Virus record (IMG/VR): IMGVR_UViG_3300027828_000080
Location: 1 to 31,987 of that record
Length of the DNA stretch: 31,987 nucleotides
Source: a virus
Taxonomy: Duplodnaviria; Caudoviricetes
Strand: one strand, 5' to 3'
The notes beneath the pieces are model-generated. The model had not been told where the DNA came from. It worked only from the letters and a program-made list of their open reading frames with translations, and did not search any database. Each line of letters opens with the position of its first letter. Positions within the stretch are counted from its first letter, which is position 1. Positions 1 to 8,941 of the stretch are shown piece after piece. Position numbers and translations under genes: made by a program.

Positions 1-2
1 CT

Positions 3-233
3 TTGATGGGTGGGGTTATGGCCGCGGCGGCTCGGGCCAGCGGTGTCCAGCAAATCCCCGGGACGATTCCTGGTGTTGGTGAAACGCCGGGGACGCAATC
101 TGTTCAGTCCTTGGAGTCGGCGATCAGAACCACGGCACTGTCCGCAGAGACGCAACGACAACAGCTGATCGATGCCACGATGGGCATTGGCTCCAGAACG
201 CCGATCGATCGCATTAATGAGGTGTTGATTTGA
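3..233 (+). CDS. C-terminal fragment of an upstream tail protein, possibly tape measure (5' truncated)
   Basis: Frame is open from the window edge and its stop overlaps the TTG start of the next tail gene (TTGA). Product is inferred from position only. Confidence 0.5.
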   Translation: MMGGVMAAAARASGVQQIPGTIPGVGETPGTQSVQSLESAIRTTALSAETQRQQLIDATMGIGSRTPIDRINEVLI

Positions 234-3145
234 CCGACGTTACGACCATCTTTTTGGTTGAGTTTGATGTCTACCACGTGCCCAGTGCGACCGCTTTGAC
301 CCTGCGGTTTGCCACCGACATTTACGTCACGTCAGCGGCCGACACACCGGCGTCCACGCTTTACGAGGCGCGCGTGATTAATCCGGGTGAGTGCTCCCGC
401 TTCATGTTTGGCGAAGGCCGGTCGCCGATTTCCGGCCTTGGGCAGCGCCCCCAGATCAAATACGGCGCGATCGAACTGTCGATTGGGTATGAGGGGGATT
501 CCTACCAGGTCACCGGATCGGAGACCGATTCACTGGTTTTTGACTATGCGTGGGAGGGCTCTGAGGTCCGGGTTCTGACCGTCGAGCGCGGCGCGGCGTA
601 CTCAACCGCCGTTGAGCACTTGCGAGGCACTGTCAAAACCATCGAATGGGACGAGATGTCGTACACGGTCCGATTCAATGATCGTCTGGGCGATCTTGAC
701 ACGTCCTACAACAAGGGCCGCCTGCTTGGCACGAACAGCGCTTCATACGGCTTTGAGGCACTGAGCAACAGCGTCGGGGCCGTGAAGCCCATGCTGCTCG
801 GGACCTGCTACAACGTCACGCCGGTCGTTCTGAACGACAATAACCTCATTTACGGCCTGAACTTCATGCCCGACGGGATCTCATGGAGAGACCCTCAAGC
901 CAGCCACGAGGTCGAGCTCTCGACGTCCAATGGGTCTACAAGCCGATCTCCGTTGGCGATCGCGGCGATTGACGCCACGCACGCCATCGCCATCGACGCC
1001 GCTGGCTCGGCCGGCCCATGTCACTATTGGCTGGTGTCATTCACTGACGACGCCGTGACCGAAGAGGCCCAGGACATCGGGGCGCCGCCAAGCAGTGCGG
1101 AGTGGGTCAAGGCCTATGCGGCGGGAAACGATCGCGTCCTTGCCGTGATGGGCACGCCGGACACGGGTGGAAGCATTGATCTCGCGCTGCTCAGCGCAGA
1201 CACCAGCGCCAGCCCCAAAACATTGACGGAAGAGGCGCAGGCCACGGTCGCGTCCGATGATGGGGTGGTCGGCGAGCCCCACGTCATCGTCACGATTCCG
1301 GTGGATGGGTCGAGCCCGGGTGACGGCGAGGCGGTTGTGGTCTGGATCGATGCGGCCGGAGACGTCAACGCCGAGATCTACGACTTCACAAATTCGACAC
1401 TGACGCAGCGCACGGGTGGTCCGATCGCAATTGAGAACAGCACGAATGCGATCACACGAATCTCGGCGTGTCTTTTCACTGACCCGGCACTCGGTGAAGA
1501 CGCGGAGGTCGCGATCGCGTGCGAGACATCGGGCGGGATCGAGATCATTGGATGGAACGTGACGGCCGGCACGATCAGATCCCTGTCCTACAACTCGACG
1601 CTCGCTGACCTTGTATCCATCGCGCCCATGCAGGCCCCGGCCAGCAACACGAACGCAAGCACGGCACTTGGGTTTGTCCTGATGGGGACGAAGTCGAGCG
1701 TCACCGCCTTTGAGCTTCTCTACGGCGACCCGAGCGACACGGGCGGCCTTCCGGTCATCGATACGCACACCATGGTCAATGATCACTGCCCAGATCTCTG
1801 CGGCGAGATCGTGTACCACAAGGATTCGGAGCTTTTCGCCATCACGGGGTCCGCGGCACAAGACGCCAGCAGCGACCAGCGACCGCAGCTGATCTCAGTG
1901 CTCGCAAACGGGCTGCGGATCCGTGCCGGGGGAATGGCTGCGCTGAGCTATGCGGCGTCTCGGTGGGCGGCGATCTGCGTGCCGGCAACAGGCGATTCGC
2001 CGAAGGTGGTCGGATGCTATGGGGTCCCAGCTACGAGCGCGAGCGTAAACGACGTCAGACAGGCGGTTGTGCTGACCGGGACCAGGACGTCTACGAACCA
2101 TCGGGTCAACAGCGTAAGCAGCGTCTACGACAAGGGGATCGCGCTTAACGCGCCGACCGTCACGGATTTTGCGAGCCCGGCTGAGCTCAAGGCGGCAACG
2201 ATCGGGTCCGGCGATTACGGGACGTGCCTGGACGCGGGCATGATCAGGCTTGGCGCGTTGGCCGACGGCACGGTCACATGTGACGCGGTGAGCACCGTCA
2301 ATTTCACAGCGAACGGCACGGCTTGGCGCGAGGCCGAGGGCGTTCTGATCGACCCGTGCTTTGTCCGAGGCCAGACCGGGAGCCCGGTGCGGTTCGACGC
2401 AGCGCGATGGTATGAGGCTGGCAGCCTCGAGGACGCCCAGGACGATGTTCAGAGTTTCGGTGTGCCCACCATGGGACTTTATGTCGATCGAGAGCGGTCT
2501 GCGCTGGCCCTGCTGACGGAAATACTGTTTGCCCACGCGATAGGTATTGCAGCGCAGCGCGACGGAACATATGCCGGTAGAGGGTTCGATGGGGCGGCGC
2601 CGTCTTCTGGCGTTACTATCAACGACGACGATTACATCGACGGGACTCTGGTCCGGCCGCTCAGCAAGGATCCCGGGAGCGGCATTCCAGCCTACCGGAT
2701 CAGAGCCCACTACGACAGAAATTGGACGGTGCAGACCGGAGGCGACCTTGCCTCTTCTGTTCCTGAGGAGTCAGATGCGACAAGCCACGGGCGCGCGTTT
2801 TTGGCATCGGAATATCGAACCGCGGTGTCTGAGGATCCGACGGTTTTGGCAGCATATCGTGTCAGCCCGACCGTCGACCTCTACACGCTTTGGCGGGACA
2901 GCGAGACCGACGTGCTCTACTACGTGGCGCAGGTCTGGGAAACCCTTCTGCAGACCAAGCGGGGCCCATTCCGCGTGACCGTTCCATACTCGGTGGGCTA
3001 TAACCTTGAGGTAGGCAAGCGCTGCTCGGTGTGGCCATCTGATGGTCGTGTCGTCGGCGGCAAGATTCTCACTGCGTTTGTGTCCGGCCTTGTGCACCGA
3101 TTCAAAGACGGTGAAATCGACGTAGAGTTCTGGGATCTCAGTTAG
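230..3145 (+). CDS. Large phage tail tip/hub protein with a central beta-rich insert
   Basis: 971 aa. Tail-like segments KPMLLGTCYNVTPV...LIY and VYDKG...GDYGTCLDAGMIRLG...VTCD. Lies between the putative tape measure and fiber genes. Confidence 0.72.
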   Translation: MTDVTTIFLVEFDVYHVPSATALTLRFATDIYVTSAADTPASTLYEARVINPGECSRFMFGEGRSPISGLGQRPQIKYGAIELSIGYEGDSYQVTGSETDSLVFDYAWEGSEVRVLTVERGAAYSTAVEHLRGTVKTIEWDEMSYTVRFNDRLGDLDTSYNKGRLLGTNSASYGFEALSNSVGAVKPMLLGTCYNVTPVVLNDNNLIYGLNFMPDGISWRDPQASHEVELSTSNGSTSRSPLAIAAIDATHAIAIDAAGSAGPCHYWLVSFTDDAVTEEAQDIGAPPSSAEWVKAYAAGNDRVLAVMGTPDTGGSIDLALLSADTSASPKTLTEEAQATVASDDGVVGEPHVIVTIPVDGSSPGDGEAVVVWIDAAGDVNAEIYDFTNSTLTQRTGGPIAIENSTNAITRISACLFTDPALGEDAEVAIACETSGGIEIIGWNVTAGTIRSLSYNSTLADLVSIAPMQAPASNTNASTALGFVLMGTKSSVTAFELLYGDPSDTGGLPVIDTHTMVNDHCPDLCGEIVYHKDSELFAITGSAAQDASSDQRPQLISVLANGLRIRAGGMAALSYAASRWAAICVPATGDSPKVVGCYGVPATSASVNDVRQAVVLTGTRTSTNHRVNSVSSVYDKGIALNAPTVTDFASPAELKAATIGSGDYGTCLDAGMIRLGALADGTVTCDAVSTVNFTANGTAWREAEGVLIDPCFVRGQTGSPVRFDAARWYEAGSLEDAQDDVQSFGVPTMGLYVDRERSALALLTEILFAHAIGIAAQRDGTYAGRGFDGAAPSSGVTINDDDYIDGTLVRPLSKDPGSGIPAYRIRAHYDRNWTVQTGGDLASSVPEESDATSHGRAFLASEYRTAVSEDPTVLAAYRVSPTVDLYTLWRDSETDVLYYVAQVWETLLQTKRGPFRVTVPYSVGYNLEVGKRCSVWPSDGRVVGGKILTAFVSGLVHRFKDGEIDVEFWDLS

Positions 3146-3155
3146 GAGACGCGCT

Positions 3156-3971
3156 GTGTCAAAAATGGTAGTTGCTACGCCGCTGACCATCTCAGCGATC
3201 ACCGCCTCGTCCGCAGTGCTGTCGGCCGACAACCTGAAGGACCGCAGCCCAGCGCTCAAATGGCGAACAACATCCTACAATTCCCAGTACCTCGAGATCG
3301 ACATGGGCGCTGCGGTCAAATTCAACTTGATCGGTCTGCTCCACACCAACCTCAGCTCGGCCGCTGTCTACCGTGTGAGAGCCGCGACCAGCCAGGCCAA
3401 TCTGACGGCAAGCCCAGGCTATGACAGTGGGGCCAATCAGGCCGCTGTTTTCGTTCCCAGCCCGGCCGACGATACGGTAAAGACGCGCTCCCTGTTTCAC
3501 TTCCCGGCCGCGCTTCAGGACTATCGCTGGATTCGGATTGATGTCGACGACGGGACGGCCAACGCAGACGGGTACATTGAGGCCGGCGTGCTGTTGATCA
3601 GTCGCGGATTTCAGCCCGGGATCGGCTGCAACATCAGCTGGGAAATGGACTACCAGGACGCCAGCAAGCAGCACAAGTTGCGCGATCAGAGCCGCGTGAT
3701 CGATCGCCGAGAACGCCTCCGCCAGATCCGATGCAGCCTGACCAGCCTTACCGCAGCGGAGGTAAAACAAAGTGCGAGGCCCATTCAGCGAAAGGTCGGA
3801 AATTCAGGCCCGCTGCTTGTGCTGGTAGACCCGGCCGAAAATGAATACAGGGACGACGGCGTGGTCTGGGGTATTCCTGCGCGAACACCGACGATCCGCG
3901 GCGCGTCTGTAAACACGTACGTCATGGACCTTGTCGTGGATGAGCTTCCGGTCGGGGAGCTTGTGACGTGA
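3156..3971 (+). CDS. Phage minor tail protein (N-terminal galactose-binding/discoidin-like beta sandwich)
   Basis: AGGAG RBS at 3144-3148. Motifs NLKDRSPALKWRT, YLEIDMG and YRWIRIDVDD. Coupled to the fiber gene by a GTGA overlap. Confidence 0.7.
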   Translation: MSKMVVATPLTISAITASSAVLSADNLKDRSPALKWRTTSYNSQYLEIDMGAAVKFNLIGLLHTNLSSAAVYRVRAATSQANLTASPGYDSGANQAAVFVPSPADDTVKTRSLFHFPAALQDYRWIRIDVDDGTANADGYIEAGVLLISRGFQPGIGCNISWEMDYQDASKQHKLRDQSRVIDRRERLRQIRCSLTSLTAAEVKQSARPIQRKVGNSGPLLVLVDPAENEYRDDGVVWGIPARTPTIRGASVNTYVMDLVVDELPVGELVT

Positions 3972-6754
3972 CCGATGCCATCGATTATGACCCGTTCACA
4001 ACCCTGGAGGCCGACGCCAAGACCGGCGCGATCTCTTTTGTTCCGGTCGACGTCGTGCTCGACGCAATGGCGTGGGGCAATCTCGCTATCTCAACCACTC
4101 AGGCGAGCGATGTGGACGCCACAGCTTCCCAGAACGTCGCCGGCATTGCCGTCGGGGTCACAATCAGGGCGGCCGTCTCTGGCGGCAACTTGGCGGCGGG
4201 GCAAGCGCTTGCGGCAATCGTGAATGGAACAGAAGTCGCCAGCATCGCCTCGGGTCAAAGCCAGATGGATTTCACTGTCTATGATGGCGACACCCTGGCT
4301 TTTGAATTGAGCTGCTCGGCCGACCTTTCAAGCCGGACCGTCACCGTCACCAACCAAACCAATGGTGGAGCCGCGATCGACACGTTCACGATCGTGGCAA
4401 ATGTCGCCATTGATGAGACTCCAGACGCGATGGACTGGGCCAACATCACCATCGTAACCACAGCCTCCACGGCCGCCGCTGCGAACCCGGCCAAGACCGT
4501 CGCTGGGCTTGAGCTCGAGCCGGTAACATTGCGCGCCACACTGTCCGCTCCGTTGCCCGGCTCTTGCTCGCTTGACGTGATCGTGAACGGTACGACCGTC
4601 GTTTCCCTGAGTAGTGGCTTTCAGGAGTTCTCCGTCAGCAATACGGACACGATCGCTTTCCAACTCAATGCGACCGAGGACGTGGGATCTAAAACTGTCA
4701 CGGTCACCAACACCACAGATGAGGGCTCCGTACTCGACACATTCACTGTGCAGGCCAATGTGAGCGCAGACGAAACGCCAGACGCCATCAATTTCGCTGA
4801 CATTGCTGTGGCGACGACGGCGGCATCCGGTTCGGGTTCTAACTCGAATCAGACAGTTCAAAACTTTGAATTGACCACACTTACCCTGCGGGCTGCAGTG
4901 AGTTCCGCGCTCGGTGCGGGAAACACGCTTTCGATCATCGTCAATGGGACTGAGGTCGGATCGATTACTGGTGCCGTCCAGACAAGCCAGGATTTTACCG
5001 TCGCGGATGGGGACGTCGTTCACTTCTCACTTTCCAGCACGGCCGACCTGGCGAGCAAGACCGTCACCGTGACGAACGTTACAGACGAAGGGACAGTTCT
5101 CGACACATTTTTGATTTCGGCGAACGTCTCGATGGACGAAACACCTGATGCTGTCGATTGGGCCGACATCGCGCTGCTGACCACAGCTGCGTCAGGGGCA
5201 TCCTCTAACAGCTCAAATACCATTCAGAGCTTCGAAGTTGATCAGATCACGCTGCGCGCCACTGTGAGTTCAGCCATCGGAGCGTCCGCTACGCTTTCCA
5301 TTTTGGTCAACGGCACTGAAGTTGGTTCAATCACCGGCGTCTCGCAGACCACGCAGGACTTCAATGTGGCCGACGGAGACACGGTGGCATTTGAGCTTTC
5401 GGCCAGCGCCGATCTTGGCGCAGTCACGGTGACGATTACAAATCAGACAGACGAGGGCGCCACGCTCGACACGTTCTCGGTCAGTGCCGACGTGCTCTAC
5501 GTCCCGCCGTGGTATAATCCCGGCGCGGCCATCTCACTGGACTTCGAGAACGACCAGGCTCAGATCGGCGGATCTGATGTAACGTCGCTGTCCGCGTTGC
5601 TTACGGTCACGAACTCCGGCGGAACGTACCGCGACTCGTCCGGGCACATTCAAGCCGCGAGCTCGAATGCGCCGCGGTTTTCTTACATTGGTGGGCGTCA
5701 GGGTCTCTTGATAGAGGAGGAGCGGACGAATTTGCTTTCCCGCTCGGAGGATTTCGGGGCGACATGGTCAAAAGGCTATTGCGTCATTACCGACGACGAC
5801 GCGACAAGCCCGCGCGGGACGGCAACGGCGGATAAAATGACCGACAACGCGGCGGGCGGGTCGAGAACGGTTAGCCTACAAATGTCACGCACCGTCGATA
5901 CGTTGTCGCAATATACGCTTTCGTGCTTTGCAAAAGCGGGATCGGTTGATTACCTGTATTTGGTTCCGCGATTCTTTTCCAGCGTGTCGAGTAGCGCATA
6001 TGCATACTTCAACGTCTCAACCGGAACCGTCGGATCCGTGCATGCCGACCTCGACGACGCAGGGATCGAGGATTACGGAAACGGCTGGTACCGGTGTTGG
6101 ATGGTCTTTACGACCCATAGCTCCGACACGAGCGGTTATTATCGACTCGGACTTGCGTCGGCAGACGGCGTCAGCACTGTAACGGCGGACGGCTCTAATT
6201 ATCTTTGGGTTTGGGGCGCTCAGTTCGAAAAAGGCGCGGTCCCGTCGAGCTATATCTATAATGCAAGTTACATTGGTGGGCAGACGCGAACCGCGGACGA
6301 CGTCTCAATGACAGGAATTGTGACCTCCGGGTGGTATGATCAGGCGGTCGGGTCACTCTACGCCGATGCCCGGCCTGATTACGTTGTGTCAGGCCAGACA
6401 ATCGCCTCATTCTCAGACGGCACGGCAAATGAAGTGATTGCGGTTACGGCCGGCGCGGACACACACCTTCAGGTCATCGATGGTGGGGCTGAACAGGCGA
6501 ACATCGATGCCGGCACGTTCGTCGAGGCCACGGCCGGAAAGATCGCCGCCGGATGGGCTGCAAATGATTTTGGGGCCGTGATCGATGGTGGTGCCGTAGT
6601 CAATGACGCGGCTGGCGCGATCCCAACGACAGACGAGTGGCACATCGGCAGCCGATATGACGGCGCCGGTGGTTTCCTGAATGGCCATCTGTTCTATCTG
6701 GAGTATTTCGACTCGCGGCAGTCTGACACCGCGCTTGATGCGCTGACCGCTTAG
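3968..6754 (+). CDS. Tail fiber/receptor-binding or spike protein: four Ig-like repeats plus C-terminal carbohydrate-binding/lectin-like domains
   Basis: 928 aa. Four ~120-aa repeats, then APRFSY..GLLIEEERTNLL..SEDF, GNGWYRC, WGAQFEKGAVPSSYI..TRTAD and a ConA/LamG-like end, as in phage fiber/spike proteins. Confidence 0.8.
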   Translation: MTDAIDYDPFTTLEADAKTGAISFVPVDVVLDAMAWGNLAISTTQASDVDATASQNVAGIAVGVTIRAAVSGGNLAAGQALAAIVNGTEVASIASGQSQMDFTVYDGDTLAFELSCSADLSSRTVTVTNQTNGGAAIDTFTIVANVAIDETPDAMDWANITIVTTASTAAAANPAKTVAGLELEPVTLRATLSAPLPGSCSLDVIVNGTTVVSLSSGFQEFSVSNTDTIAFQLNATEDVGSKTVTVTNTTDEGSVLDTFTVQANVSADETPDAINFADIAVATTAASGSGSNSNQTVQNFELTTLTLRAAVSSALGAGNTLSIIVNGTEVGSITGAVQTSQDFTVADGDVVHFSLSSTADLASKTVTVTNVTDEGTVLDTFLISANVSMDETPDAVDWADIALLTTAASGASSNSSNTIQSFEVDQITLRATVSSAIGASATLSILVNGTEVGSITGVSQTTQDFNVADGDTVAFELSASADLGAVTVTITNQTDEGATLDTFSVSADVLYVPPWYNPGAAISLDFENDQAQIGGSDVTSLSALLTVTNSGGTYRDSSGHIQAASSNAPRFSYIGGRQGLLIEEERTNLLSRSEDFGATWSKGYCVITDDDATSPRGTATADKMTDNAAGGSRTVSLQMSRTVDTLSQYTLSCFAKAGSVDYLYLVPRFFSSVSSSAYAYFNVSTGTVGSVHADLDDAGIEDYGNGWYRCWMVFTTHSSDTSGYYRLGLASADGVSTVTADGSNYLWVWGAQFEKGAVPSSYIYNASYIGGQTRTADDVSMTGIVTSGWYDQAVGSLYADARPDYVVSGQTIASFSDGTANEVIAVTAGADTHLQVIDGGAEQANIDAGTFVEATAGKIAAGWAANDFGAVIDGGAVVNDAAGAIPTTDEWHIGSRYDGAGGFLNGHLFYLEYFDSRQSDTALDALTA
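4049..5500 (+). repeat. Four tandem ~360-bp coding repeats (units start at about 4049, 4412, 4769 and 5135)
   Basis: Each unit follows D(E)TPDAxxWxxI...TLRAxVS...IVNGTEV...DFxVxDGDxxxFxL...TVTVTNxTDEGxxLDTF. Confidence 0.93.
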
Positions 6755-6978
6755 GCCGCCTCGTCCTCTGCGCTCATCTCATCTGCGGTGAGGCGGACAA
6801 GCTTGGCAACGCTGGGCCGAATCTTCCGATAGCCATAGTAGAAGCTCGCTATCGATGTCTGGCTGAGCCCGCTCGCGGCAGAGAACGCCGCGAAGCTGGC
6901 GCGCACGCCCAGACCCGGGCAGGCCTTGGCGAGCTGGGCCTTGAACTGTTCGCGGGTCATGGGTTTGGCGACTGACAT
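6751..6978 (-). CDS. Small XRE/Cro-like helix-turn-helix protein
   Basis: 75 aa MSVAKPMTREQFKAQL...FAAFSAASGLSQTSIASFYYGYRKIRPSVAKLVRL has an HTH pattern. GGAG RBS precedes the ATG at 6978. Confidence 0.72.
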   Translation of the reverse strand: MSVAKPMTREQFKAQLAKACPGLGVRASFAAFSAASGLSQTSIASFYYGYRKIRPSVAKLVRLTADEMSAEDEAA

Positions 6979-6999
6979 GGTTGGCTCCGTTGCTATCAA

Positions 7000-7016
7000 G
7001 TTACCAAAATGGGAAA
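7000..7016. promoter_or_regulatory. Operator-like palindrome copy A (GTTACC-AAAAT-GGGAAA), over the -10 of a leftward promoter TTGACC-17-CATTTT (7034..7006)
   Basis: Three mismatches to GTTGCC-N5-GGCAAC. Same position relative to its promoter as copy D. Confidence 0.5.
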
Positions 7017-7050
7017 CTATTTGCCCCAGGTCAAGGCAGGAGGGTTAACC

Positions 7051-7269
7051 ATGGGTATTCGCGCGGAGTTTCGCTATTGGCGCGGGCTCGGCTTCACGGT
7101 CGAGCAGCGCCGGTCAGGACACCTGCGTCTCGAAAAGGACGGGATCGTTATTTTCACAGGGGCGACGCCGTCGGACAAAAGGGCCCGACGGCACGCCTTG
7201 GCGGAATGGAGGCGAAGAAAACGCGCGGCTAAGGAGCGGGACCGACTTCAGCCGGCGAAAGCCCATTGA
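7051..7269 (+). CDS. HicA-like (dsRBD-fold) toxin/RNase-like protein
   Basis: GGAGG RBS. 72 aa, basic. GFTVEQRRSGHLRL...IFTGATPSDKRA matches the G-H and TPSD-x-R pattern of phage HicA-like proteins. Confidence 0.62.
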   Translation: MGIRAEFRYWRGLGFTVEQRRSGHLRLEKDGIVIFTGATPSDKRARRHALAEWRRRKRAAKERDRLQPAKAH

Positions 7270-7660
7270 GCTGTTGGGCGATCGCAAGACACGATTCCGG
7301 GGCTGGCATGCCGGTCGCCGTGAAGTGGATCACGGCACCACCACCGAACCCCAGCTCAGCCATCACATCTGACGTGTTGACCGAACATGTCGAGTAGGCA
7401 TCGGTGACCTCGAGCCCGTCGGGCTGGGTCCACGAGGACTGCAAGAGTTCGCCGTCTCGGGTCTCTGTCGGCGTGACCTGGGCGGTTCCGGTGTAGAGCC
7501 CGGCAGTCATGGACGGCGACCCGGTTTCATCAACGGCATCGATGTGTGCACCGATCCCGGCCTGGGTGAGGTGATAGACCGGGTTCTGCGGGATCCCGGC
7601 ACAGGCGGTCAGCATGGCGGCGAGGCCAAGGCAGCCGCAGATGATCAGCAAGCGCTTCAT
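7229..7660 (-). CDS. Lipoprotein (possible outer-membrane spanin/lysis accessory)
   Basis: Signal peptide MKRLLIICGCLGLAAM with lipobox LTAC. Last gene of the lysis cluster. AGGAG RBS. Confidence 0.65.
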   Translation of the reverse strand: MKRLLIICGCLGLAAMLTACAGIPQNPVYHLTQAGIGAHIDAVDETGSPSMTAGLYTGTAQVTPTETRDGELLQSSWTQPDGLEVTDAYSTCSVNTSDVMAELGFGGGAVIHFTATGMPAPESCLAIAQQLNGLSPAEVGPAP

Positions 7661-7932
7661 GGTGATTCTCCTTGAGCAGGCGGCAGGTATGCGCCGACGT
7701 GATTTCCGGTGACCGTGACGCTATCACATTCTCGGTCGACCACCACCTTCGATTGCCGTGACGGGCCCAGTGTGATCCGGTCCGGCCCGATGATCCCGAT
7801 CAGGGACCACGTGTCCGTGGCCACAGCGCAGGGAGAGCTGCCCGCAGGAGGCAGGCCCGGGGTAACCGCACAGGCGCTCAGCGCCGCGCAGATCGCGCTC
7901 AGCGCGCCTATTCTGAGTTGGCGGTCCACCAC
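7657..7932 (-). CDS. Small lipoprotein (o-spanin/Rz1-like candidate)
   Basis: GTG start overlaps the end of the holin. Lipobox LSAC followed by a Pro-rich linker and extra Cys residues. Confidence 0.55.
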   Translation of the reverse strand: MVDRQLRIGALSAICAALSACAVTPGLPPAGSSPCAVATDTWSLIGIIGPDRITLGPSRQSKVVVDRECDSVTVTGNHVGAYLPPAQGESP

Positions 7933-8132
7933 GTCACCGTGTAGATGGCCAGGAAGACGGCGACCGCGATGATGCCCTCCGGTGCTGACAGCTGGTCCAG
8001 AGTGATTTGATCTCCGCTGACCCTGGTGCCCATCGCAGCCAGCGCCGTGACCGTGGCGGACGTCGCAGCGGCCCACGCCTTGCGCGCGAGGCGCAGATCA
8101 AAGAACTCCTTGAGGCGATCGAGAAAGTTCAT
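7908..8132 (-). CDS. Putative holin
   Basis: 74 aa with two hydrophobic segments (AWAAATSATVTALAAMG and GIIAVAVFLAIYTVTWW). Directly downstream of the endolysin candidate. Confidence 0.68.
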   Translation of the reverse strand: MNFLDRLKEFFDLRLARKAWAAATSATVTALAAMGTRVSGDQITLDQLSAPEGIIAVAVFLAIYTVTWWTANSE

Positions 8133-8661
8133 GGTCGAGATTCCTCACGTTGAGTCCGACGGTGTCGCCGTCAAGCAGAGCCTCTGCGATCACGGGATAG
8201 ACGTCAAGGTAGGTGTCCGTGCTGTTGGAGACCCAGAGCGGGTTGGCCCATGGATTCGGGGCCCGGCCCAGGAGCGGACAGCCGTCGGTGTTTCGGTGGT
8301 AATTGCCGATGTGTGGCTGAATCCATGTCCAGATCTCGAGGTGGCCTTCCGCGTTGATCCGGCTGACCTCCGGCCCCTTCCCGGCCTGGTCGGCGGGGCC
8401 GCCCGGCATCCTGATCCAGAGCATGCCTTTGTGGATCGGCGCGATCTGGGGCGAGCGCTTCGGGTCAGAATATTTGCTGTGAAGCCCTCCCTCGGTCCGC
8501 AGAACAATTTCGTACCGCCCGTCCGGGATCCTCGTGTTACCGCGGATTTTGATGGGCTGGTACGGGTCCTCGAGGACGTGGCAGGCGAAACGGCCGTCGA
8601 TCAGCCAGACCGAAAGCGTGGCCGCGCCGTCATCGGCAAGCCGAATATGATCAATCTCCAT
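8098..8661 (-). CDS. DUF5675-family protein, putative endolysin (L,D-peptidase-like His/Cys)
   Basis: CHVLED...KIRGNTRIPDGRYEI...HIGNYHRNTDGCPLLG fits the TxIPxGxY and HxGNxxxxTxGC signature. Confidence 0.8.
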   Translation of the reverse strand: MEIDHIRLADDGAATLSVWLIDGRFACHVLEDPYQPIKIRGNTRIPDGRYEIVLRTEGGLHSKYSDPKRSPQIAPIHKGMLWIRMPGGPADQAGKGPEVSRINAEGHLEIWTWIQPHIGNYHRNTDGCPLLGRAPNPWANPLWVSNSTDTYLDVYPVIAEALLDGDTVGLNVRNLDHELSRSPQGVL

Positions 8662-8941
8662 TGTTGCGCTCCACAGGTTCTGGTTGGGTCGGGATCTCGC
8701 CGGTCACGGCGAATCGAAGGACCGCCACCTCGGTCTTGAGTGAGGCGACCGTGTCGGTCGTCCTGATGTGGCCGGATTCTAGGCTGGCGATCCGGTCGTC
8801 ACGGTTTTTGAGGTTGGCGACCTCGACACTGATCCAGCGCGCCCAGCCACCTGCGCCGAGCACAGCGGCGATAATGATCGCCGTGAAAATCTGCGACCAG
8901 GACGGCCGCCAGCGCTTCAACCTGTCAATGGAACCACCCAT
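8651..8941 (-). CDS. Single-TM coiled-coil membrane protein (holin/antiholin or i-spanin-like)
   Basis: Basic N-terminus, TM segment IFTAIIIAAVLGAGGW, then heptad-like VANLKNRDDRIASLE...VASLKTEVAVL. Confidence 0.6.
   Translation of the reverse strand: MGGSIDRLKRWRPSWSQIFTAIIIAAVLGAGGWARWISVEVANLKNRDDRIASLESGHIRTTDTVASLKTEVAVLRFAVTGEIPTQPEPVERNNGD

Noticed and set aside
4049-6754. Diversity-generating retroelement or CRISPR-like repeats in the fiber gene
   Set aside because: The repeats are diverged in-frame protein domains. I saw no reverse transcriptase, adenine-specific TR/VR pair or spacer array in the window.
6794-6813. Extra operator half-sites (TTGGCAACGCT at ~6803; GTTGCC at 16682 and 19747; CTTGCT-N7-GGCAAT at 31845)
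   Set aside because: Each has only one half-site or the wrong spacing, and one lies within a CDS.
7045-7052. CtrA half-site TTAACCAT at the HicA-like start codon
   Set aside because: It is a single half-site with no TTAA-N7-TTAA partner and overlaps the ATG, so it may be chance.
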